From: Neolecta irregularis DAH-3
Taxonomy: Eukaryota
NCBI GenBank assembly: GCA_001929475.1
Contig: LXFE01000507.1
Location: forward strand, 1 to 33,921
DNA: 33,921 nucleotides
Reading direction: 5' to 3'
Shown here piece after piece: positions 20,751-32,731 of this stretch (positions are counted from its first letter, which is position 1; the number at the start of each line of letters is the position of its first letter). The notes beneath the pieces are model-generated. The model was not told where the DNA came from and ran no database searches. It was given only the letters and a program-made list of their open reading frames with translations. The position numbers were made by a program, and so were the translations under genes.

Positions 20751-23197
20751 ATGAAGTTTGCCAATCACCTACGAACAAGTCTTATCCAAGAGTTCCGCTA
20801 CCAATATGTCGACTATCAGGGGGCTAAACGCGATCTCAAAGACAGATTGAGAGATCATCCTTGGCGTGACGAAGATGAAAAGGCTTTCATCGAGAGGTTG
20901 GACCAGGAACTCGACAAAGTATGGACTTTCCAGAAAGTCAAATCTGGGGAAATCGCAAAACGAGTGAAGGCAACTGATAAAGATGTGTCTGAAGTTGTTG
21001 AAAACATCGAGTTGGATGAGCCTGAGCGAGTCAAGGAAGCTTTCTTGTATTTGGAAGAAGTTTTATTCGATATCATTGCAGATGTGCATGATTTAGCAAA
21101 ATTCACGCGGCTGAACTATACTGCCTTTGAAAAGATCCTGGTATGTCAAGCTTCAAGTACCCCAGCTAACCGTGCAGAAAAAACATGATGTACGGCTTAT
21201 CTCTCTCATTTGCTTACCATAGAAACAAACGGGAAGACGTCTAAAACACACTTGGTCGATAAAACTACAAGAAAAACCATTCTACAAGGAAAATTACGAC
21301 TCTTTAATCCTAAAATTATCAAAACTATACGACCTTGTGCGCAATAAAGGACATCCCATACAAGGAGATAGCTCTGCTGGAGGAAAACAACAAAACTTTG
21401 TCCGCCAAACTACCAAATATTGGGGCAACTAATATTTTACACATTGAGTACTGACTGATAGTTCATCCTGACAACATTACAGAATTGAAACTTATTATTC
21501 TTCAACATCTTCCTGTTCTCACCTTCAATCCAAACAAGGAGTTCGATCTCGCTGACTCGGCGATTTCGTCAATATATTTTGACAATGATGATCTGCAACT
21601 TTATCTTGGACGACTTGAAAAAATCGAGGGGGCTGAAGCTATCCGATTGAGATGGTATGGAGGAATGGATGTGAATACCATCTTTGTCGAACGGAAAACG
21701 CATCGTGAAGATTGGACGGGTGAGAAAAGTGTAAAGGCACGATTCAGTTTAATGGAAAAGCGTGTGAATGAATATTTGAAGGGTTCTAAAACCGTTGAAC
21801 AATTATTCGAGAAAACTCGAAGAGATGGGAAGAAATCTTTAAAAGAAATTCAGCAACTCGAGACGCTCGCAAGAGAGGTTCAATATACTTGCATTAAAGA
21901 TAAACTTCAGCCAGGTATTGCCACTCGACGATCACCAAGTTGATAGCTAGTGGTTCGAACATTCTATAATCGTACCGCGTTTCAACTGCCAGGCGATGCT
22001 CGAGTTCGGATTAGTCTCGACACTGAATTGACAATGATTCGGGAAGACAATTTCGACGGCAAGGAGAGGGCCAGAGATAATTGGCGACGAAGAGATGTAG
22101 GAATTAACTGGCCTTTTGTACACTTGCCCGAGGAAGAGGTTGAACGGTTCCCTTACGCTGTCCTTGAAGTCAAACTTCAAACCCACGTTGGCCAAGAGCC
22201 TCCTGCTTGGATTCGTGAGTTAGTTCAAAGTCATTTGGTCTCCTTGGTCTGTTGTATCCGATACTAATGGTGCAGGTTGAAGCCGTTCCAAAATTTTCAA
22301 AATTCATCCATGGAACAAGTGCTCTTCTTCCAGAGAAAGTTAAGCTTCTTCCGTTCTGGTATCCTCAGATGGACGTTGATATTAGAAAGCCAGAGATCCC
22401 TCATTTCGGAATTGAAAGACAACCAGCAAGTGCTTCTGCATCTGCTTCAGAAAACGATGACCAGTATCTTGATAGGATTCGTGCACTGAACGAAGATGAA
22501 TGTCCTGGTAGCCTTGGATCTCAGCATGATGATCGAGATGATGATGTCGAAGATCGCTACGATGATGCTGCAATTGAATTTGAAGATGATGAAGAATCAT
22601 CTCTGGGTTGTATACAGGATGAGGATTCAACATTTCTACAAAAGGTTTCCAGTGCTCTTGCAATAATTGGCCAAAAGTTGAGATCCAAACGACCCTTATC
22701 AGCTTCTCAGTCCGAGGAAGACGAGGGACCTGAATTAGGGACCATCTACACTCAACGCTTTCGAGCACCTCCCGGAAAAAGCATGTCTAGTTACATCTAA
22801 GTCAATGCTTACTCTTTCAGAAATTTCTGTTCCCGTTCGAATCGAACCCAAGGTCTATCTTGCAAACGAGCGAACCGTGTTGGAATACATGCAAACAGCC
22901 ATTTACATCGGTGCAGTGGGAACCAGTTTGATGAACTTTGGGGACAAGACGTCGTTACTGGCTAGCGCCGCATTCACTCTAACTGCTGTACGCTACTTTC
23001 TCAATTCATTGCTAAAACCCCAGATCGTAGTATCAATCTACTCAACGGCGCGTTTCCTAGTCCGAGCTATATACATAAGAAGGCGGAGAGACACTGGCTA
23101 TATCGATCGATTTGGGCCAACGATGCTCTGCCTTTTGATACTCATAAGTCTTACCTTGAATTTCTGGTTACGACTTCGAAGTGAGAGAGACTTTTAA
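20751..23197 (+). CDS. VTC4: Vacuolar polyphosphate polymerase catalytic subunit (SPX, VTC/TTM, 3 TM), 7 introns
   Basis: MKFANHL (SPX start), [123 protein letters not shown]. Confidence 0.95.
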
Positions 23198-23309
23198 TTA
23201 TTTTCTTTGAGGGTTTTGGGGTTTATAATGCATGTGATGTTATAACGCTTTTCGATAGTTAATAGAATTGGAATCGAGTTTCAAACAGAATTGATCAGAG
23301 AGAGTAGTT

Positions 23310-25104
23310 TCACATTTGCCATTTTCCTTGTTCAAAAGCCTCCGCCTTTTTCAAGACTTCATCTTCTTTTTCAAGAGCGAACTCACACAATCTTCTTCGT
23401 ATTGACTTTTCTGTGATTCCTAGCATTCTGATCGCCAAAAGAGCAGCATTCGTGCTATTGTTAATGGCAACAGTCGCAACCGGCACCCCTCTCTGCCAAA
23501 GTGAGCATATTTAATGAAAGAAAAGAACGTACAGGCATTTGCACAATGGAATGGAGTGAATCTACTCCACCAAGAGTCTTTAATTCTACAGGAACCCCTA
23601 TAACTGGCAATGTAGTCAACGCAGCAACCATTCCTGGCAAATGAGCAGCACCACCAGCTCCTGCGATGATCACTTTAATTCCACGTCCAGCCGCTTCTCG
23701 GGCATATCGGAACATTCGATCAGGTGTCCGATGTGCAGACACAATCGTGATCTCAAATGGTATGCCAAATTCTGATAATATATTTGCGGCATTTCGCATT
23801 CGTGGTAAATCAGAATCTGACCCCATAATGATTGAAACAACTGGCAATGACAAGGTCAAAGAAGAAGGATTGGTCATTGAGTCGGCATTCGAAGTAAGAA
23901 TATTGGCGAGTCGATAATCACACTCTGACATACTAGATCCAACAATCGTAACATGTCCCATCTTGCGCGATTTTCTCGACTCTAATTTTCCGTAGAGATG
24001 TACTGTAGCACCTGGCGTCTCTAGAGCTTTCCTACAGATTTGATGATGCTCATCAGGTGTTTCTCCGCCCAAAATATTCAACATGATTGAAGTAGTCTTC
24101 ATGGCAGTACAAAGTTTGGGAAGCGGAAGACCGGTTATAGCTCGAATATGAGCCTCGTACTGTGAAGTATTGCAGGCTTCAATCGTGTAATGACCTGAAT
24201 TGTGCGGCCGAGGGGCAATTTCGTTGATCAGAATGTCTCCTAGAAGAAGTAAGCTATCCATTGCAAGTACAGGAGAGGTTACCCGACTTCATCAGAAACA
24301 TTTCGACTCCAAATACTCCGGCTCCATTAAATGTAGAGATAGCTTTCTCTGCGATGATTCTAGCTTTCGCTTGGACTGATTCCATCACGCGAGCAGGCGC
24401 GTAGACCAGGTGGCAAATGTTGCTTTGGTGGATTGTCTCGACGGTAGGATAAGAGATTATGTTTCCTTGCGTTGTACGAATGACTACGACGGCAAGTTCC
24501 TTCTCAAACTCTGCCCATTTTTCAACATAAAGAGGTTGATCTGGGAGCGTCTTTATAATCTCGGTGACCGATTCCGCCGACGATACGACAAAGTTTCCAC
24601 GACCATCATATGACAAAGTTCGCGACTTCAGCATACAGGGATATCCCAATTGTTCACCAGCGGTCAGTATTTCATGTCGACTCCTTTGCACTGGTATTGA
24701 TTGGGTTGTCGGCAACCCTTTTGAGGTGAGATGTTCTTTTTGAGTGAATTTGTCTTGAATGATTTTAATCGTTTCGCTCGAAGGATGAACCTCGACTTTT
24801 CCTTCCTTTTCTATCTCTCCAAGTATTTGGGTATCAACATGTTCAATTTCAGTAGTAAGGATGTGACATTTCGAGGAAAGCGTTTTAATTGCTGACGGAT
24901 CTGAGAATGACCCGTCAATATGTTGAAGCGAATTGATTTGCTTCGCCGGCGAGAAAGGAGCATCAAGGATGATAGTTTTGATATTCAGTCGATTAGCAGC
25001 TTCGACAAGCATTCGCCCAAGTTGGCCGCCGCCTTTACATTATTAAGTATAGCTGGTGATTAAAATGTGGATGCACCTAGTATACCAATTGTTCGACTGT
25101 CCAT
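23310..25104 (-). CDS. ADE2: Phosphoribosylaminoimidazole carboxylase (PurK-PurE fusion; S. pombe ade6), 3 introns
   Basis: [110 protein letters not shown]. Confidence 0.97.
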
Positions 25105-25930
25105 TGTGTTTATCGATCAAAATAGATAAAAATTGGCGAGACAGTTCGAGGTCTGAGAAAAAAAATCAATAATAAGACGACTGAAGTTCTCGACAACCAA
25201 CGTTCTCGAGTTATGTCAAGAGATTACTGAATGATTGAAGCCTCAAAAAGAAATATTTGGATACATATAGTTTTGAAGGGTAGTATATTCTGACAAATCC
25301 GGTACCTTTGGTGTACTAAGAATAATGATTAGGACAAAGATCAATCGGCTTTCAAGTTGCATTTTTAGAATAGATGGTTCTCGTATATATCTAATGTAAT
25401 ATTTGACGCTTGAGCTTTATCTGGCTAGATGCCTTGACAGGTATTGAAGTCAGATTCAAGTTTTCATTCTTTCAACACGTTTGACGAGACTTTGCAAGCG
25501 AGATCTACAGAAGATACTTCATCAATCAATAGAACAGGTCGATGGGGAAAAGAGATTAACTACAGCTGAATTCTCGAAACAGCATGAATTTCTGAGCATA
25601 TGAGTTAATTTTTATGGCATAAAGAGCTTGTTCGAGCTGAGCGATAAATTTACTTTTGTCCCTATGGTATTCTAGGACGTATCTGATTCATACAATAGAC
25701 TCCAATTAAACACTGAAATCATCCTAGAAATTTCAAAGGAAAGAAGGGGCACTATATAAAGGACTCCTGGGGATATGTTCCCGTTAGTAGGTAATATGAT
25801 AAATAAACGTGACAGAAACTTAGGTTAACACAGACTCATTCCTCGACTCGGCTACTGTTAACACTCAGTCAGACACCGTATAAAAATAAGCATTCTTGGA
25901 ATCATTTAGAGCTATCATTATTGGCAGCTG

Positions 25931-26434
25931 ATGTCTGAAGTATCGAGAAGTGCTTTCGAATCTCCATTCGACCCGATATCCTATATCTCCTTAGCACTTC
26001 CATCACAGTTAACAACGCCACACTCAGCTCAATCTCTGCTCAGTGAATTGACATTGCTTGAGGGAAAGACGCAGGACGACCTTGCTGTACTTCTCGATTC
26101 TTCAGTACCATTAATTCCTCGTCTGCCGGCGGATCTCGAAACCTTGGTATCTACAGCATCTTCGCTTTCCACATCGTTGGAGACGCTTCAACAACCACAA
26201 TGTGAAAGTCTAGAGCGACTAAAGATTCTGGCTCAGATCCGAGAAAATATTGTGAAGACAGTGGGAGTTTTCGAGACTGGCTTGCGAATTGACCAAGAGT
26301 TGGAGCGAATAGAATTTCTGAAACAAAGCCGGGAGTTTGAAAAGGCGCAGGAAGCTAAAACCAAGCTGCGCCGAGTAGTAGATATCTGGAAGGGAACCCG
26401 AGAGGAAAAGGAGCGGCGCGCAAAGGTGGAATAG
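25931..26434 (+). CDS. Short helical protein resembling the N-terminal part of COG complex subunit 7
   Basis: FDPISYISLALP..QSLLSELTLL..IPRLPADLETL..LERLKILAQIRENI..WKGTREEKER. The pattern resembles the COG7 N-terminus as recalled from memory; not verified. Confidence 0.55.
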   Translation: MSEVSRSAFESPFDPISYISLALPSQLTTPHSAQSLLSELTLLEGKTQDDLAVLLDSSVPLIPRLPADLETLVSTASSLSTSLETLQQPQCESLERLKILAQIRENIVKTVGVFETGLRIDQELERIEFLKQSREFEKAQEAKTKLRRVVDIWKGTREEKERRAKVE

Positions 26435-26604
26435 CAGTGCCAGCTTTGTATTGCAACTTCAAATCCTCAATCTCTTTTTTTGCATATAAGAATTGGGTAT
26501 AAACTGTGATATATTTAATCAAACCACTGAATGAGTGTGCACTCTGCGTGTTTCGTGTTGCTTGTTTACGACATTCCAGTTCCGTCTCCACCAAATCCTC
26601 ATCC

Positions 26605-29600
26605 ATGAATCAAGGTACTCCGCCAGGAACTCCAAATCTTATCTCGTTTGACACGTTTGAGAATCAGAAAGAAAACATACAACCAAGGCCGGAGGGACGT
26701 TCTGCTAAAGCACTCGCCCAAGTATTTTCGGCTTCTCCACGAACACAAAGAACTTCTCTCGCTAGTACAAAACAAGCGTATGAACGAGAAATAGCAAATT
26801 GTGATGAATCCGACGATCCTCTCGATATATGGATCCAGTACATTAAATGGGTTACTGACAATTATCCACAAGGCCAGAGCGTGGATAGTGGGCTAGACGA
26901 CCTCTTCGAACGCTGCACCTCGAAATTCAAGGATTCAAAACATTACTATAATGATGCGAGATATCTTCGTCTTTGGATGCAATACGCGCGAAGATCGGAT
27001 TCACCAAAGGATATTTTCGTTTTTCTTTACAGAAACCAAATTGGCGCGGAATTAGCTATGTATTACGAGGAATACGCGGCTTTTCACGAGTCTATGGGAA
27101 GGTTTCGTGCATTTCTATTGATGGTATTCTAATTGAGTCTAGGAAGAATCAAGCCGATGATATTTACAAACTCGGAATTTCTAGAGGTGCGAGGCCGTTA
27201 GAACGACTACAGCGACGTTATAATGAGTTCAAACATCGCTTCAACGCAGATCCCTCCTCCTTGGAGAATGATCCTGCTCTTCCAGACCCACTTCGTCCAG
27301 TTCTTGGTAGTCAGTCGTCATTCCTCCCCATGGGTAGCACTCAACAATCCTCAAGTCAACAGTCCCGGCAGACTAATCGAATTGAGGTATTTTCAGACGC
27401 GAAAGGATCCGAGGATGCCGTTAGTACTGGTGGCTGGCAAAGTATAGGAACTTTGCAAGGTAAGAAAAAAGAAAATGTTCAAGACCCAAAGCCCTGGGCC
27501 GGAGAGAAATTAAAGATGAAAACAAAATCCGAATCTCAAGAATCAGATCGATTTATGGTCTTCAAGGATGAAAATGTACAAGCACTTATCGAAAATCATA
27601 GCTAATATCTGTAAGGCACTATCATCTTCAGCTATATCAAATCGAACTCCTCCTCTTCTCAAGGCGGCGCAAAATAATTCTTTGCGGCCACCTCCTCAGC
27701 CTGGAAAGCGACCAGAATTTGTGGTTGTTAATCTCGAGGCTATGTATCCGTCTCCTGGTGTTGAATACTCCTATGAAGAACTCCGCGCTAAATTACATGG
27801 CTTGTATCAAGTCAAATGGCCAGAGAACCCAAAGAAATCTTCACCGATTTCAACTTTTCAACTTTCTCAACCTTCCCAGTCTCAGGATTACATGATGGAA
27901 CTCAAAGAAGCGCAAACTCCAGTCAAAAGTAAGTAACCTTGTGATAGATTGAACTGATGCCCAAGGCTCTCCAAATTCGAATAGTGACTTCATCAAGCGC
28001 AAAGCTGCTTCTCCAACTATTAACACAAAGGAAGCTATGGCCGATATTATTGATATATTTAGTCAACCTCTGAAATGTGATCGCAGCGATTACGACAGTT
28101 CGGTTGAAGACGAAGAAGACTTGACTCGCTATGGAGCAGATAACATGTCCCAGTTACGAGAGGGTTTGCCTATCAAACAGCAATTCCCGCCTCCAGCTCC
28201 TCAAGCTTCCGAATCTAGTGGCTTTCTTCCAATTCGAGAGACACAACACAACCCAGGAGCCCAAATGAATCATCTTTTAGAACCCAAAACTCCTCATTTA
28301 CCTCAATACCACGATCGACGCCCCACCTCATTTGATCTAATGACTCCAATCACAGAAAATACCGAAAATCTCCCCAGCACAATTATGTCAAAGTTAGCTA
28401 TCAGTACAAATGATATCCACGGTCGAGATGGTCCGCTTAGTTCGCCATTTCATGACGACATAACTCTGGATACTCCGAATCTGAATTCGACGTTGGTAAA
28501 GTCAAAGGTTGTTGGGCCTCTACCACAAAGAAAAGGACCCATCATCACAGAGGCTGTATGTAATCCGCTTGATCCTGGTATCAAATCCACTATTTTCGCT
28601 TCGTTGTGGCCTTCAATCGATTCATACCAAGGTTATAACGCTTATGATCACTCACTCCATAAATCGGAGGTTCTCGAGAAATATTTCAAGACAAATGCTA
28701 AAGGCAATGCTTCCGAAATCACTCTCGAGTTGGGATCTTGTCAGTTTTCACTACAAACGAAACTCGGCGAAGGAGCCTATGGAGCAGTTTATCTTGCAAG
28801 GAACATTTCTGAATCGAAATTGTATGCCGTGAAGGTGGAAAAAACTTCAACTGCATGGGAATTTTATATCATCAATCAGATTAAGCGAAGACTAGGCGTG
28901 TCAAGAGCTGCACTGTCGATCATTGAGGTTTACGATATGCACTTATTTCGTGATGAAGGATATCTTTTTCTCGAATATTGCGACCAAGGCACGGTTTTGG
29001 ATATTGTAAATCTTGCCAAGGCTGATGGTGGGGGAGTTCTGGATGAATTATTAGTTATATTCTTCTCGTTGGAATTGATTCGAACAGTTGAATCGTTTCA
29101 TTTGAAAGGAATTTTGCACGGAGATTTGAAACCTGATAATTGTCTTCTTCGTCTGAAGGATTTTTCAGAAGAATGGTCCTCCCAGTTCCGAAGAGATGGC
29201 AGTGGTGGATGGTCGTCCAAAGGTCTGACTTTGATTGACTTTGGACGAGGAATTGATATGAAACTCTTCGTTCCGAACGTTCAGTTTATCGTGGATTGGG
29301 AAACGGATGAACAAGATTGTGCTGAGATGAGAGAGATGCGACCCTGGACCTATCAAGTCGACTATCACGGCCTTGCAGCTATTATTCATACCATGTTGTT
29401 TGGCAAGTACATTGAGACAGTCAAAGAATCCAAAGGACCTGGAATCGGTAACAAGAAGTACTCTGTCAAGGCAAGCATTAAGAGATACTGGCAAGTTGAT
29501 ATGTGGAGAGATCTTTTTGACCTACTTCTTAATCCTTTGGCAAATGCTGGATCAGATGGCCTTCCGGTCACTAAGCAATTGAGTAAATTTCGCGAAGATA

Positions 29601-29692
29601 TGGAGACATATCTGGAAGAAAACAGCTCCAAGGGTCTTGGATTAAAAGTTCTTTTGAAACAGTCCCAAGCACAATTAGCACACGGGCGGTGA
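26605..29692 (+). CDS. BUB1: Spindle checkpoint kinase of the Bub1/Mad3 type (MadBub), 3 introns
   Basis: QKENIQP..GRSA; TPR (DDPLDIWIQYI..YNDARYLRLW); second KEN (KKKENV); GLEBS (EYSYEELRA); SPTINTKEA; kinase motifs LGEGAYGAVY, AVK, HGDLKPDN, LIDFGRGIDM, PWTYQVDYHG. Confidence 0.95.
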
Positions 29693-30232
29693 GAGAATTG
29701 TTTTTTGATCTTGCATTGGGTTTCTTGGTGTACTTGTTGTACATATAGACAGGAATAAGCAGCACGCAAAGCACTTTTGCTGATATATCTTGAACACATT
29801 TCACTAAACCTGGATTTACAAGTTACCATTTAAAATCTCAACTACATGAAGTAAAATCGCTTTATCTTTTTATTGTCATGTTGGGTGGTTTTCTGAGGTG
29901 GATTTACGTTTTAACCACGATGCGAAGTAAAGAATTGTACAAGAGCAGTTGTCTAAAGAAAATTCTAAAAGCAAACTCTCTATTGCAGTCTAAATACACT
30001 AGGGTCATTGCGCACCCCTGAAAGCTCCGATTGAGGCTATTGCTAATTGCAATAATACCAAAACATTGGTGAGACATGGCGGTCAATGCAAGACTTGTGC
30101 TGGTCGCTTCGAGACAATATTCATATGAAGCATTGATATCGAAAAGGCGAGAAACTTGAAACCTGGCGACCCTGCACCCAGGGTGTTTATCTCAGTAACC
30201 AGATATCGCCGATAAGTGTTATATTACTCTAT

Positions 30233-31224
30233 TCAATTCTGATATATTCCACTTTCTCTTTTCCCTTTACTCGTGCGACCAGGCAGAACAATTGACGATA
30301 CGTACTTATCGCCGGCACGAATTGCATCTTGCGCCTGTCCCACCCAAAACTTGGCTCTCGCTCGATTTCCTCCAAGGCTGGATATAGAATCAATCGACAG
30401 AAATGAGACGATAGTCGATCTTACAAGGCAGTCGGATATACGATTAAAAACAAGGTTTGAGCAAGTCCAGACTCTGAGACTATACGAAGAGAGATTCTTC
30501 AAGGGTATCAAAGTTTTCTTCACTAACGCCGCTGATAGTTTTTCAATCATCCTTTCGAAGACAATGTGCGCAGGACCGAGATAGCCGATATGTCTAGCAA
30601 CAGCTTCGAATCCGTGAAACCGATCCATTTGTCCACGAATCCGGATTCCATCTCGTCCTAGAAGTATTGTCGATTCCAAAGAAAAAACCATATCCAGCTT
30701 CTTAGCCTTGAAAACCTCGACTAGAAATTCCTGAAATCGACGGGTATACTTTTGCATAGGAGGACTTTGAAGTATCTTTACTAACTTGATGGTTTCTGAA
30801 AGACAGTAATCTGCACCACGGCGATCGTACAAGTATTCCACAGTCGCCGGTGACTGGAAGACATGTTCCAGTGAAATTGTCCGGATCGAAGAAAACTCTG
30901 ATTGTGAAAGAAAATCCAATGACCCATGATCTTGAATTGCTAGTGGTGTGTCGTTTTCGATATGGGAAAGGGCGTTGGTCATCGAACGCGAGGTAATGTA
31001 GTGTAACTGGTGAAACAATAGCGAGCACCAGTTATGAGGGGAAAAAAACTATTTCGTGAAAAGAAATCTTCAGTAAATGGTGATACATACGATAAACTAA
31101 AGTGGTCTAGGCTTGATTCGACTGTTTGGAAGGGAAACACAATCATACGACTTGTTCTTGCTATATCCAAGAACTCGCCCATCAAACGCCCGACTTGGAA
31201 ATTTTTGATGTCATTCTGCGACAT
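30233..31224 (-). CDS. Hypothetical protein, paralogue of 33179-33832; 5' structure uncertain (possible intron 31086-31049)
   Basis: 261-codon open frame sharing ARxxGYLGP and WxxQAxDAxxxGD with the 33179 ORF. A 38-nt GTATCA..TAG intron would join it to the upstream frame (ATG 31224). Confidence 0.55.
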
Positions 31225-31431
31225 ATAATCTGAAAAATATTCTTCTGCCAAGAGTTTATTTGAGAGAATACTCGGCGACCTGTTTGGTCATTTGATTATT
31301 ATAAAACCAAACGGTGATCTTCAGAATTATCTCATTTGAATACCAAAATATGAGAGATCCCAATAGTCGACTCTCATCAGTCTGCGTTGTCATCAACAGA
31401 ACCTTTGTCGGAAATCCTTTTGCATGCAAGC

Positions 31432-31474
31432 AAATTTGAAGTCTGTTTTAAGCCATAGGACAGACTTCAAATTT
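31432..31474. repeat. Perfect 15-bp inverted repeat with 13-nt spacer
   Basis: AAATTTGAAGTCTGT (31432-31446) and ACAGACTTCAAATTT (31460-31474). Confidence 0.85.
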
Positions 31475-31771
31475 CGCTATACCTCTTTTATACCGCCACT
31501 TTCTGAAAGAATTTCATTGCCGAAACTACCACTGCGAAAGAAGGGCCTTCGCTTTTCTTTGAAACTGTAGAATCTCCCTATTTTCTTGTCTATAGGTACC
31601 ACAAGCTTTTTGGGCCATTTGGGGAATATCCGAATATAGTATCAAGATATATGACGATTCGACGACCATGTGGCAAATATCTCAAGTCCAAAAACATACT
31701 GGGCCATTAAAGCAAACGCCAAAGATAGATCTTATGTACAAAAAACATATTACGTCATAAATGTATTATTT

Positions 31772-32731
31772 TCATGAAAGGCCTTTTCTTTTGACCGGTA
31801 GAGTCTTTTCGATGGCTAGCTCCGATTCAAGATCCCGGCTTTGTATCTTGTCAAATGATTTTATATTGTCAAAAGCGCTGTCATCAAGGGATGTGATATT
31901 GTTTTCTTTCAGTCTTCTTATCTCCCGGGTCAAGTTGAACACTTTGGCATAACATTGCAAAGCTTTTGCGCCGCAAAGTATCGCCAGACATTCAGTGGCA
32001 AAAAGCCCGAATTCGGCATAGAAAAGCGAGTAAATACCAGCGCATATCGCACAGGTGTTTGCTTCAATGAGTCCTTTTAATACACGTTTAGTCAGGTGGA
32101 AGGCTGCAAAATCGTCTGGTATAGTACGAAGCACTTGAAACATGAGACTTTCCGAGTAAATAGAAGCATACTTTTCTGGGAAGCGTAAAGTGTATTGATT
32201 TCGCAAGCGAGGAAGAGTACAGCGCCGACTAGATCAACTATCTTTACAATGAGATGAAGAGTGCTGACACCGCTGAGAGCAGCGGCGAACTGCATCGGTA
32301 TACTGAGAGCTATGGATATTTCAGTAGCTTTGAATAGATTTGTCGTAAAGCGTAGGTATTTCGTCGATAAGAGCTGCTTTGGTAATCTCAGATAACTGAT
32401 GGCGACTTCACATATCCCGTAACAATTGTACGTTAGACGGATGAAATGTCTATCGATCGGGAAAAAAGAATCGAGAAAGTATGTCAAGAGCACGCCGCCA
32501 GCGGAAACTGCTAACAAAACGAACATTGACTGGTATTTTATCAGTCTTTTGAAATCCTTTTTGCTCTTCAAATCTTTGAGCATAGGATTGGTCATTCCTG
32601 CGAGTTAGATTTGAATGAGAATTAAACGTGCCTTGACTACACCAGAGACCATATACTAGAAAAAAAGACTTGAAGACCCAAAGATTTGCGGTATGAAGAT
32701 CGGTAATCGTAGTCTGCTGTGTTGCAACCAT
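31772..32731 (-). CDS. Orphan multi-pass (about 7 TM) membrane protein, 295 aa; introns 32631-32598 (GC-AG) and 32171-32134
   Basis: Three overlapping ORFs join in frame through two short introns (..WCSQG|MTNPML.. and ..ASQK|MLRTIPDD..). Seven hydrophobic segments are followed by a charged tail. Confidence 0.7.

Noticed and set aside
12696-23197. Apparent frameshifts in gnd1, rqc2 and vtc4 as pseudogenes or recoding
   Set aside because: Each frame change is explained by a short intron with donor, branch and acceptor that restores conserved motifs.
25105-25930. GACTC motifs as Bas1/Gcn4 sites, or a snoRNA, in the long ade2 upstream region
   Set aside because: None is the full TGACTC, and no convincing C/D or H/ACA box arrangement was found.
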